From contig JANMQY010000060.1 of NCBI GenBank assembly GCA_031370785.1, forward strand, positions 47,889-111,888: DNA of 64,000 nucleotides, written 5' to 3'. A model generated the notes under the pieces. That model worked only from the letters and a program-made list of their open reading frames with translations. It searched no databases and was not told the DNA's origin. Source of the DNA: Candidatus Eiseniibacteriota bacterium (lineage in GTDB: Bacteria > Eisenbacteria > RBG-16-71-46). Made by a program: the position numbers and the translations under genes. This document shows positions 42,921 through 51,094 of the stretch, piece by piece. Every line of letters begins with the position of its first letter. Position 1 is the first letter of the stretch.

Positions 42921-44155
42921 GGTCCCATCGAATCGTGGCCCGCGTGACGCTCGCGCTGGCTTTCTCGCTGGCTGCGGCGCTCACGCTGTCGTGCGCGGGC
43001 GCCAGGCGCTCGGAAGTCATCTTCTGGCAGTTCTGGCCATCGTCGGTCATCCAGCCAATCCTGGACCGCTACGAGCGCGAGCATCCCGGGGTCAAGGTGC
43101 GCATGGAGCAGCTCACGTGGCAGAGCGGGCAGGAGAAGATCGCCGCGGCGGTCGGGGCGGACAACGTCCCTGATCTGTGCGAGGTGGGTTCGACCTGGAT
43201 GCCGCGCTTCCTGGCGGGAGGGAAGCTCGCCGACTGGACCAACGAGGTCGCGGATCTGCGCGCGGATCTGCGCGGCTGGGAGCTGTGTTCGGTGGGCGAC
43301 CGGGCGCTCGGCCTGCCCTGGGTGATGGGCACGCGCGCGCTGTTCTACAACAAGGCGCTGTTCGCGCAGGCCGGGCTCGACTCGACCCACCCGCCCGAGA
43401 CCTGGGATGAGCTCTACGCCGCCTCGGAGGCCATCCAGAAGCTCGGCCACGGCGTGCACGGCTTCGGCGTGCAGGCCGGCGAGCGCTACATCCTGTTCAA
43501 GAAATTCATGCCGTTCGCCTGGAGCAATGGCGGCCGTATCCTGAGCGACGACCGTCAGTCGGCGGTGTTCGACTCGCCTCAGAATCGCGCGGCGCTCGAG
43601 TTCTATCTGCGCCTGCGCGACGTCGGAGTGATGGACCACCAGGACGAGCTCGACCGGCAGTTCAAGGCGGGCAAGCTGGGGCTGCAGATCTCCGGCGCGT
43701 GGCTCTTCAAGTCGATCCCGCGCGACGCCCCGAACCTTCGCTACGGCGTCGCGCTCGTGCCGAGGCCGGATCTCGAGCACGGCACCAACGCCTCCTTCGC
43801 CGGCGGCGAGGTGCTGGTGAGCTTCCGCTCCGCCAAGCACCCGAAAGAAGCGCTCGACCTGGCGCGCTTCCTCGTGCGACCGGATAACGCGCTCGCGCTG
43901 GCCTCGGCGGCCAAGGGCGTGCAGCCCGCGACCGTCGGCGCCGACACCGTGGCCTACTACCGCGAGCATCCCGAGGAGCAGACCATGATCCGTCAGTTCG
44001 AGACCGCCGTCCCGACGCCGAACCATCCCGCCTGGGGCGAGATGGAGGCGGCGATCGAGGACGAAGTGGAGCAGGCGCTGCTCGGCAGGAAGACGCCGGC
44101 GAAGGCGCTGGCCGACGCCAATCAGAAGCTGGCCGAGCTGGTGGCGAAGAAGTAG
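42917..44155 (+). CDS. Carbohydrate ABC transporter substrate-binding lipoprotein
   Basis: Lipobox LTLSC; LFYNKALF, PPETWDEL sugar-binding-protein motifs. Confidence 0.9.
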   Translation: MRSHRIVARVTLALAFSLAAALTLSCAGARRSEVIFWQFWPSSVIQPILDRYEREHPGVKVRMEQLTWQSGQEKIAAAVGADNVPDLCEVGSTWMPRFLAGGKLADWTNEVADLRADLRGWELCSVGDRALGLPWVMGTRALFYNKALFAQAGLDSTHPPETWDELYAASEAIQKLGHGVHGFGVQAGERYILFKKFMPFAWSNGGRILSDDRQSAVFDSPQNRAALEFYLRLRDVGVMDHQDELDRQFKAGKLGLQISGAWLFKSIPRDAPNLRYGVALVPRPDLEHGTNASFAGGEVLVSFRSAKHPKEALDLARFLVRPDNALALASAAKGVQPATVGADTVAYYREHPEEQTMIRQFETAVPTPNHPAWGEMEAAIEDEVEQALLGRKTPAKALADANQKLAELVAKK

Positions 44156-44157
44156 GC

Positions 44158-45033
44158 ATGCGCACGCACTCGCGAACCACGTCGTGGCTGCTGCTCTCCC
44201 CGTGGATCGCGGCGTTCGGGCTGTTCGGGCTCTATCCGTTTCTGTTCTCGCTCGGTGCCTCGTTCACCGACTACTCGCCCATTCACGCCGGCGCGGCCCG
44301 ATTCGTGGGGTTCGCGAACTACGCGGAGGCGCTCCGGGACCCCGCGTTCTGGTCCGCGATGCGGACCACGGCGCTGTTCGTGGTCGGCAGCATTCCGTTC
44401 ACCACCGCGCTGGCGCTGGCGCTCGCGCTCGCGGTGCAGCCTTCGTTCCGCGGACGCACGCTGTTCCGGGTGGGATTCTTCCTGCCGAGCGTGGTCTCGG
44501 TGGTCGTGCTGTCGCTCGTGTTCAAGGGCCTTTACGCGCCGGACGGCACGCTCAATGCCGTGCTCGCCCTGCTCCACCTGCCGACGCCGCGCTGGCTGCT
44601 CGATCCCCACACTGCGCTGCCCGCGATCATGGCGATGGACGTGTGGTCGGCGAGCGGCTACTACATGATCATCTTTCTCGCCGGGCTCGAAGCCATCCCT
44701 CGCGAGCTGTACGAGGCCGCGCAGCTCGAGGGCGCGGGGCACTGGGACTGCTTCAGCCACATCACGCTGCCGCTGCTCCGCCCGACGCTGCTGTTCGTCG
44801 TGGTGGTGAACACGGTGCGGAGCCTGCAGATCTTCGCCGAGGCCTTCGTGATGACGCGCGGCGGCCCGCTCCACTCCACGACCACGGTGGTGTACTACCT
44901 CTACGAGCAGGCGTTCTACCGGTTCAACCTCGGCTACGCCAGCGCCGTCGCCTACCTGCTGTTCACGGTCACCCTGCTGCTCGCGTGGGGACAGATGAAG
45001 CTGGTGGGCCGACCGATGGCGGGTCCGGCATGA
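44158..45033 (+). CDS. Carbohydrate ABC transporter permease
   Basis: FVGFANY, EAA motif LYEAAQLEGA, MTRGGP. Confidence 0.92.
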   Translation: MRTHSRTTSWLLLSPWIAAFGLFGLYPFLFSLGASFTDYSPIHAGAARFVGFANYAEALRDPAFWSAMRTTALFVVGSIPFTTALALALALAVQPSFRGRTLFRVGFFLPSVVSVVVLSLVFKGLYAPDGTLNAVLALLHLPTPRWLLDPHTALPAIMAMDVWSASGYYMIIFLAGLEAIPRELYEAAQLEGAGHWDCFSHITLPLLRPTLLFVVVVNTVRSLQIFAEAFVMTRGGPLHSTTTVVYYLYEQAFYRFNLGYASAVAYLLFTVTLLLAWGQMKLVGRPMAGPA

Positions 45034-45935
45034 GCGCCTCCCATCTGGTCGTGGGCGAGGCGGAGCCGGTCCGCGAACCCGGAGCGCAGAGCGAGTTCAC
45101 CAGCGGGAGGCCGCGCGTTTCAGGCTGGCGCTGGCTGTGGCTCGGGCCGCTGCTCGTCACCATGCTCACGCCCTTCGTATGGATGCTGGTGATCTCGCTC
45201 ACCCCGCCCGGATCCGAGGGCAGCGCCGAGTCCGGCTCGCTGGCGCGGGCGCTGCACGGGCCGTGGGGCCTCGACAACTACCGCGCGCTGTTCGCCGCGG
45301 CGCGCCTCGGCACCTACCTCTTCAACAGCGCGCTGGTCGCGCTCGTGGTCGTGGCGCTCAACGTCGCGACCGCGGCAATGGTGGGCTACGTGCTCGGAAG
45401 GCGCCGCGTGCCCGGGGAGAAGTTCTGGTCGCTTGGGATCGTGGCCACGCTGATGCTGCCCAAGCAGGTGCTCATGATCCCGCTCTACCTGGTGATCGGG
45501 CGGTTGCACATGCTCGACACCTACTCGGCGCTCATCCTTCCGTTCGCGGTGGATGCGTTCAGCATCTTCCTCGTGCGCCAGTACGTGCAGGGGCTGCCGC
45601 TCGAGATCGAGGAGGCGGCGCGCGTGGATGGCGCATCGGACTGGAGCATCTTCCTGCGCATCGTGCTGCCGCTCATGCGCCCGGTCCTCGCGGTGGTGGC
45701 GATCCAGTCGTTTCTGGCCAACTGGAACTCCTTCCTCTATCCGTTGATCCTCGTCGACTCGGATCGGCTGCGCACGCTGCCGGTGGGCCTCGCGTTGCTG
45801 TCGCAGAGCGAGCACAGCGTGGACTGGGGCCTGCTGATGGCGGGCTCGGCGCTGGCCTCGTTGCCGGTGCTCTCGGTGTTCGTGGCGTTTCAGCGCCACA
45901 TCCTCTCGGGGGTGCTTGCGGGGTCGGAGAAATGA
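45030..45935 (+). CDS. Carbohydrate ABC transporter permease
   Basis: EAA motif IEEAARVDGAS, WNSFLYP, TLPVGL. Confidence 0.92.
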   Translation: MSASHLVVGEAEPVREPGAQSEFTSGRPRVSGWRWLWLGPLLVTMLTPFVWMLVISLTPPGSEGSAESGSLARALHGPWGLDNYRALFAAARLGTYLFNSALVALVVVALNVATAAMVGYVLGRRRVPGEKFWSLGIVATLMLPKQVLMIPLYLVIGRLHMLDTYSALILPFAVDAFSIFLVRQYVQGLPLEIEEAARVDGASDWSIFLRIVLPLMRPVLAVVAIQSFLANWNSFLYPLILVDSDRLRTLPVGLALLSQSEHSVDWGLLMAGSALASLPVLSVFVAFQRHILSGVLAGSEK

Positions 45936-47161
45936 CCACGATGTTCGACGATGCGCTCTCACCGCTGCGCGACTGGCTCGCGCGGCGCGAGCACCTGGTG
46001 GTCGGGCTCATGACCGGCACTTCGGCGGACGCGGTGGACGCGGCGCTGGTTCGATTCACCGGCACCGGTCTCGACTCGACCCACGAGGTGCTGGCGTCGC
46101 GCGAGAGCCGGCTCGAGCCGGCGCTGCGTCGCGAGGTGCTCGAGTTGGCATCGGCCTCCGAGGTGTCGCTCGAGCGCCTGATGAGACTCGACGCCGCGCT
46201 CGGCGAGCGCTACGCCGCCGCGGTGCTCGAGCTGATCGCCGCCTCGGGCGTGCCGCCCGGCGACATCGGAGCGATCGGCTCGCACGGGCAGACCGTGCGC
46301 CACCTGCCGCGCCGCGAAGGAGGCGGTCAGGCGCTGACGCTCCAGATCGGCTCTGCGGCGGTACTGGCCGAGCGCACCGGTCTGACCGTAGTCTCCGACT
46401 TCCGCGCCCGCGATGTCGCAGCCGGCGGCGAGGGCGCGCCGCTCGTACCGCTCGTCGACTGGTGGCTGTTCCGCTCTCCGGTCGAATCCCGAGTGCTTCT
46501 GAACCTGGGAGGGATGGCAAACGTGACTTTTCTGCCGCAGGGCGGGGCTCTTGCCGACCTGATCGCCTTCGACACCGGACCCGGCAACGCGATCCTCGAT
46601 GCGCTCGCCTCGCTCGCCTCCGGGGATTCCGTCACCTACGACGACGGCGGCGGATCCGCGCTGCGTGGCCGCGTGAATGAAGCGTTGCTCGCCGAGCTGC
46701 TCGCCGATCCATTCTTCCTGCAGCCACCGCCGCGCTCCACCGGACGCGAGCGATTCGGCGTCTCCTATGCGAAGCGCCTTCGCGAGCGCGCTCGCGAGCT
46801 GGGCCTGAGCGACGACGACCTGATGGCGACCGCGGTCGAGCTGACCGCCGCCTCGGTTGCCGGCGCGATCGATCGCTTCATCGCGCCCCGGGCGGCAGTC
46901 TCGGCCGTGATCGCGAGCGGAGGCGGCGTACACAATCCGGCGCTGATGGGCGCGCTGGCGCGACGCCTCGGGCCGGCCCGGCTGGAACGCAGCGACGATC
47001 ACGGCGTCCCGGCGGGCATCAAGGAGGCGCTGGCATTCGCATTCCTCGCGCACCAGACGCTGTGTGGCCTGCCCGGCAACGCGCCGGGCGCCACGGGCGC
47101 GGCGCGCGCCGTCGTGCTCGGGCACATCACGCCGGGCGTCGCACGAATGGGGGCACGATGA
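45932..47161 (+). CDS. anmK: Anhydro-N-acetylmuramic acid kinase
   Basis: GLMTGTSADAVD, GSHGQTV, DFRARDVAAGGEGAPLVP, NLGGMAN, FDTGPGN, KEALAFA. Confidence 0.95.
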   Translation: MTTMFDDALSPLRDWLARREHLVVGLMTGTSADAVDAALVRFTGTGLDSTHEVLASRESRLEPALRREVLELASASEVSLERLMRLDAALGERYAAAVLELIAASGVPPGDIGAIGSHGQTVRHLPRREGGGQALTLQIGSAAVLAERTGLTVVSDFRARDVAAGGEGAPLVPLVDWWLFRSPVESRVLLNLGGMANVTFLPQGGALADLIAFDTGPGNAILDALASLASGDSVTYDDGGGSALRGRVNEALLAELLADPFFLQPPPRSTGRERFGVSYAKRLRERARELGLSDDDLMATAVELTAASVAGAIDRFIAPRAAVSAVIASGGGVHNPALMGALARRLGPARLERSDDHGVPAGIKEALAFAFLAHQTLCGLPGNAPGATGAARAVVLGHITPGVARMGAR

Positions 47162-47196
47162 CGATGACGACGACGACATGCAGTCGCAGGTTCGCG

Positions 47197-48597
47197 ATGG
47201 CTCGCTCGCAGGTTTCGCTCGCGGCGCTGCTCACCGGCCTCATCGCCGCCTCGTGCGTCCCGGCGCCCAGGCCGGTGGGCACTGCCGAGCCGCCGCTGCC
47301 GGCCGGCCACCCGAGCGAACCGGTCGAGCAGGCGCCCTTGCCTGCGCCGACGCCCGCCCCACCGGCCGTGCCTGCTGACGCTCCTCAGAGGTTCGAGTTG
47401 CGCGAAGAGCCGACGATCGACGTGGGGATGGCGTGGGATCTCGACAGCCTTGTCGTCGATCCGGTCGAAACCGGCGGCTCCTCGTTCCAGCACGCGGGCA
47501 AGGCGCCGGACGGACTCTCCACCGGGTACGTCGGCGCGCTCGTGATCTCGCGAGGTGCAGAGGGCTTCCTCTTCGAGTTCAGGCAGCGGCGGGGCCAGAC
47601 GCCGCTGGTCCCGGGCGACACGCTGTGGACGACGCGGACGCCGGATCGCGTTCGGCCAGGGGATCGCATTCGCTGGAATAGCCGGACCTGGCGAGGCACC
47701 TTCAAGATCTTCGTGAATCCGCGCGGCAAGCTCACGATCGCCGCGCGGCTCCCGCTCGAAACCTATCTGAATGGCGTGGTGCCGGGGGAGATCGGGGCGC
47801 TGGACGAGCACCTCATCGAGGCGGGAAGGGCGCAGGCGGTCGCGGCGCGCAGCTACACCATGTTCTACCGCGGGCGTCGCGCCGCCGAGGGCTTCGACCT
47901 CTACGGCACCGTCGAGGACCAGGTGTTCGGGCCGATCGAGAGCGAGCGTGCGGTCGCCACCCGCTGCGTCGAAAGCACGCGCGGCACGCTCGCGCTCGCC
48001 GGTGGCTACCCGATCCGCGCCAACTACTACTCCACCTGCGGTGGCATCACCGCCGACGTCTGGGAAGCCTGGCCGGCGCCGCCGCTCTCCTACCTCGTGA
48101 GTCACACGGACGCCGGAGACAGCCTCGACTGGTGCGCCAACTCGCCGCAATACCGGTGGACCGAGCGGTGGAGCGTCACCGAGTTCGGGGCGAATCTGGC
48201 GCGATTCGCCCCACAGCAGGGCCTCGCGCTGCCACCGGGCGGGGTCGGAGAGCTCATCGACGTGGTGGTCGAGGCGCGCTCGCGTTCCGGCAGGGTGTGG
48301 CGGCTGCGCGTGATTACGACCACCAGCGACATCCTGATCCCCGCCTACTCGATCCGCCAGGTGCTGCGTCGCGGTGGGAACCCGACCGCCATTCTTCGCT
48401 CGAATCTGTTCAAGATCGACGTGCGCCGTGAGCCGGGGACGCGTCGCGCGCTCGAGGTGCTGGCCAGCGGCGCCGGCTCTGGACACGGCGTCGGCCTGTG
48501 CCAGACCGGAGCGCTGAGCATGGCGAACTCGGGCAGGAACGCGGCAGCGATCCTCGAGCAGTACTACCGCGGCGTCGACGTGAAGAAGCTCTATTGA
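47197..48597 (+). CDS. SpoIID/LytB-family lytic transglycosylase, lipoprotein
   Basis: Lipobox IAASC plus Pro linker; LETYLNGVVPGE, AQAVAARSY, YYSTCGG, GHGVGLCQ.GA, ILEQYY. Confidence 0.9.
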   Translation: MARSQVSLAALLTGLIAASCVPAPRPVGTAEPPLPAGHPSEPVEQAPLPAPTPAPPAVPADAPQRFELREEPTIDVGMAWDLDSLVVDPVETGGSSFQHAGKAPDGLSTGYVGALVISRGAEGFLFEFRQRRGQTPLVPGDTLWTTRTPDRVRPGDRIRWNSRTWRGTFKIFVNPRGKLTIAARLPLETYLNGVVPGEIGALDEHLIEAGRAQAVAARSYTMFYRGRRAAEGFDLYGTVEDQVFGPIESERAVATRCVESTRGTLALAGGYPIRANYYSTCGGITADVWEAWPAPPLSYLVSHTDAGDSLDWCANSPQYRWTERWSVTEFGANLARFAPQQGLALPPGGVGELIDVVVEARSRSGRVWRLRVITTTSDILIPAYSIRQVLRRGGNPTAILRSNLFKIDVRREPGTRRALEVLASGAGSGHGVGLCQTGALSMANSGRNAAAILEQYYRGVDVKKLY

Positions 48598-48643
48598 GGC
48601 GCGAAGCAAACCGTCGGCAGACGCGTTTTCAGCCGCGCTTCCA

Positions 48644-48673
48644 TTGACACTCGGCTGGGCACGCGGATATTCT
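48644..48673 (+). promoter_or_regulatory. Sigma70 promoter of tRNA-Asp
   Basis: TTGACA-18-TATTCT followed by a GC-rich discriminator. Confidence 0.6.
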
Positions 48674-48715
48674 CCGCCGGCTTTTGGCGCCCGGGCGTGC
48701 CTCGGTGCGCCGAGC

Positions 48716-48792
48716 GGGGTTGTAGTTCAGTTGGTTAGAACGCCTGCCTGTCACGCAGGAGGTCGCGGGTTCGAGTCCCGTCAACCCCGCCA
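48716..48792 (+). tRNA. tRNA-Asp (GTC)
   Basis: Acceptor GGGGTTG/CAACCCC, D-loop AGTTGGTTAG, anticodon loop CTGTCAC, T-loop GTTCGAGT, encoded CCA. Confidence 0.98.
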
Positions 48793-48812
48793 TTCGTTCG
48801 CGCGCTGATCGC

Positions 48813-48845
48813 GCCCGCGCCCGCTCGGGGCGCGGGCCTTTCTCT
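48813..48845 (+). terminator. Intrinsic terminator after tRNA-Asp
   Basis: GCCCGCGCCC-gctcg-GGGCGCGGGC followed by CTTTCTCT. Confidence 0.65.
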
Positions 48846-48905
48846 GGGCCAGGGAACCGCGAACCCGGTCTGCCGCAGTGCCTCGCGCCAGCCGCCACCG
48901 GCCTC

Positions 48906-48954
48906 CGCTGTCGCCGACCGCTGCCGCCGATCGCTGCCGCCGATCGCTGCCGCC
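48906..48954. repeat. Tandem repeat, about 3.8 copies of 13-bp CGCTGCCGCCGAT
   Basis: cgctgtcgccgac cgctgccgccgat cgctgccgccgat cgctgccgcc. Confidence 0.8.
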
Positions 48955-49204
48955 TCGCGCGATCTCTTTCCGTCTCTCGCTGCCCGACGACGTGCCATTC
49001 GCGACGCTCGCTGGCATCGTCTCTCTCGCCTGTCAGCGCGGTCTCGCACCGCCTCATCGGAACCTGCTCGCGGCGCCTGCCGGCGCCTTCTCGCGACTCT
49101 CGCGACTCGCTGCCGGACTCCGCTCCGCTCCGAACGCGTGGCGCCGGACGCCCGAGCGGAGCAAAATCGAGCTTGATCCGGAAGCGTCGAGGGCCGATTT
49201 CTTA

Positions 49205-49232
49205 TTGACGGGGGGGAGGCGCTCCGTATACT
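49205..49232 (+). promoter_or_regulatory. Sigma70 promoter upstream of the acidic protein-speD-speB locus
   Basis: TTGACG-16-TATACT. Confidence 0.6.
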
Positions 49233-49356
49233 GCCGATGCTTTTTTAGAAAGCTACGCAAATCGAGACCTGTCGCGATGCATCTCAAGGCGCGGCGTTCA
49301 ATCGAGTTCCGACCCTCCCAGGCGCAGGGCGCGCGAGGAAATTGCTCGAGGTTGCC

Positions 49357-49593
49357 ATGATCAAGAAGAAGGGACTCCCCGGCGACGAAGAGTTTGAAGT
49401 CATCCCGGACGACGAAGCGGACGATTACGACGACGAAGAAGGGGAGGACGACATTCTCGAAGACGACGACGAGCTCGAAGAGGAGTTCGAAGACGACGAC
49501 GAGTTCGACGAGGATGTCGAAGATGAGTCCTACGGAGAGGACGACGACGAAGAGTTCACCGATTTCGAAGAAGACGTCGAAGAGGAGAGCTAG
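49357..49593 (+). CDS. Small highly acidic protein (78 aa, 48 Asp/Glu)
   Basis: GAGGT RBS, upstream promoter, GAC/GAA/GAG codons all in one frame, N-terminal KKK patch. Confidence 0.75.
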   Translation: MIKKKGLPGDEEFEVIPDDEADDYDDEEGEDDILEDDDELEEEFEDDDEFDEDVEDESYGEDDDEEFTDFEEDVEEES

Positions 49594-49664
49594 TCACCCG
49601 ATGAGAATCGGATCAAAAGGAAACCCGCGCGCTGAGCGCTGGCTCCGTGGAGGTGGCTGACGAA

Positions 49665-50108
49665 ATGACCGGTTTCGGCCCTCACCTGATGATGGACGGA
49701 TACGGGTGTGACAAGAAGAAGCTCCAGGACCTGAACCTCATTTACCGGCTTCTGGATGAACTGCCTACCCGTATCGGCATGACGAAGATCATGCCACCGT
49801 ACGTGTTCAAGTACAGCGGACTGAGACCGGAGGACTGGGGCCTGTCGGGCTTCGTCCTCATCGCAGAGAGCCACATCAGCATCCACACCTTCCCCGAGAA
49901 GAACTTCATCAGCGTCGACATCTTCTCGTGCAAGGAGTTCGATTCCGAGTTCGCGGCCGGCTTCCTCAAGGCCGCGTTCGGGATGACCAAGGTCGAGAGC
50001 ACCGTGCTGGACCGCGGCACCGAGTTCCCCAAGGAACTCAATGGCGCCGCGCGGCTGGTTCGCGCCGAACGGCGACGTATCGCTCGTCCGGCGGCTCGTC
50101 CCGCCTAG
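49665..50108 (+). CDS. speD: Pyruvoyl-dependent SpeD/AdoMetDC-family decarboxylase proenzyme (possibly an arginine decarboxylase)
   Basis: G.HL..D, self-cleavage site IAE|SHISIHTFPE, DIFSC; GGAGG RBS. Confidence 0.88.
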   Translation: MTGFGPHLMMDGYGCDKKKLQDLNLIYRLLDELPTRIGMTKIMPPYVFKYSGLRPEDWGLSGFVLIAESHISIHTFPEKNFISVDIFSCKEFDSEFAAGFLKAAFGMTKVESTVLDRGTEFPKELNGAARLVRAERRRIARPAARPA

Positions 50109-50130
50109 GTTCCATTCGATCCGTTACCAG

Positions 50131-50162
50131 GGGCCCTGCCCGAGACCATCGGGGCAGGGCCC
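50131..50162 (+). terminator. Strong hairpin between speD and speB
   Basis: GGGCCCTGCCC/GGGCAGGGCCC 11-bp stem; weak U-tract. Confidence 0.45.
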
Positions 50163-50192
50163 GCTGTTCTCTGAGCTCCAAGGAGGACGCCG

Positions 50193-51086
50193 ATGAGAGC
50201 GCCCGACTGGCCCAGCGGCCTGCCCCTGAACTTTGGCGGTCTCGAGCCTCCGCACTCGCAGCTCGAGAGCGCACGCGCGGTCGTGCTGCCCGTGCCCTAC
50301 GACTTCAGCACCACCTATCAGGGCGGCACGCGCTGGGGCCCACGCGCGATCCTTGCGGCCTCTCAGAACATGGAGTTGTGGGACGAGGAGCTGGGCGCGA
50401 CCTACCGCGCCGGGATCCACACCCTGCCCGAGATCGAGCCGACCGCCCTCGGCCCCGAGGCCATGGCGGAACGCGTCGAAAAGGCCGCAGCCTGGATCTT
50501 CGAGCAGGGCAAGCTGCCCTCGATCCTCGGCGGGGAGCACAGCATCACCATCGGCGCGGTGCGCGCTGCGCTCGCCAGGTTTCCCAGGCTCTCCGTGCTC
50601 CAGCTGGACGCACATGGAGACATGCGGGAAAGCTACCTCGACTCGCCCTACAGCCACGCCTGCGTCATGCGCCGCATCCGCGAGCGCGTGCCCGCGGTCT
50701 CGGTCGGAATCCGCTCGATCAGCGAGGAAGAGGCCGAGTACTTCCGCGCGCACCCCTCGCCGGTCTGGAGCACGCGCCAGTTCCGTGCGCTCAAGGGGGA
50801 GTGGGCGCCGATCCTGAGCGCGCTCTCGGACGATGTCTTCGTCACGTTCGACCTGGATGCGTTCGACCCTTCGATCGTCCCCGGGACGGGAACGCCGGAG
50901 CCCGGCGGGCTCGACTGGTACGAGACGGTCGACCTGCTCGCGGCGGTCGCGAAGCGCAAGCGCATCGTTGGCTTCGACGTAGTGGAGCTGGCTCCGCTGC
51001 CCGGCTCGATCGCCAGCGACTTCCTCGCCGCGCGCCTCACGTACCGCCTGATCGGCCTCGCGCTAGCGAGCGGCCAGAAGACCTGA
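50193..51086 (+). CDS. speB: Agmatinase
   Basis: GTRWGP, GGEHSIT, DAHGD, SHAC, DLDAFDPS..PGTGTPEPGG. Confidence 0.93.
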   Translation: MRAPDWPSGLPLNFGGLEPPHSQLESARAVVLPVPYDFSTTYQGGTRWGPRAILAASQNMELWDEELGATYRAGIHTLPEIEPTALGPEAMAERVEKAAAWIFEQGKLPSILGGEHSITIGAVRAALARFPRLSVLQLDAHGDMRESYLDSPYSHACVMRRIRERVPAVSVGIRSISEEEAEYFRAHPSPVWSTRQFRALKGEWAPILSALSDDVFVTFDLDAFDPSIVPGTGTPEPGGLDWYETVDLLAAVAKRKRIVGFDVVELAPLPGSIASDFLAARLTYRLIGLALASGQKT

Positions 51087-51094
51087 GGCTCGGC

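Noticed and set aside
47158..47196. ATG-ACG repeat (MTMTTTTC) as a regulatory leader for the SpoIID gene
   Set aside because: Short low-complexity stretch that only makes the start ambiguous (47158 versus 47197); no supporting structure.
48906..48954. Possible CRISPR array
   Set aside because: 13-bp head-to-tail units with no spacers and no cas genes.
48716..49356. Genomic island integrated at tRNA-Asp
   Set aside because: No integrase, no repeated tRNA 3' end, and the downstream genes are housekeeping genes with normal composition.
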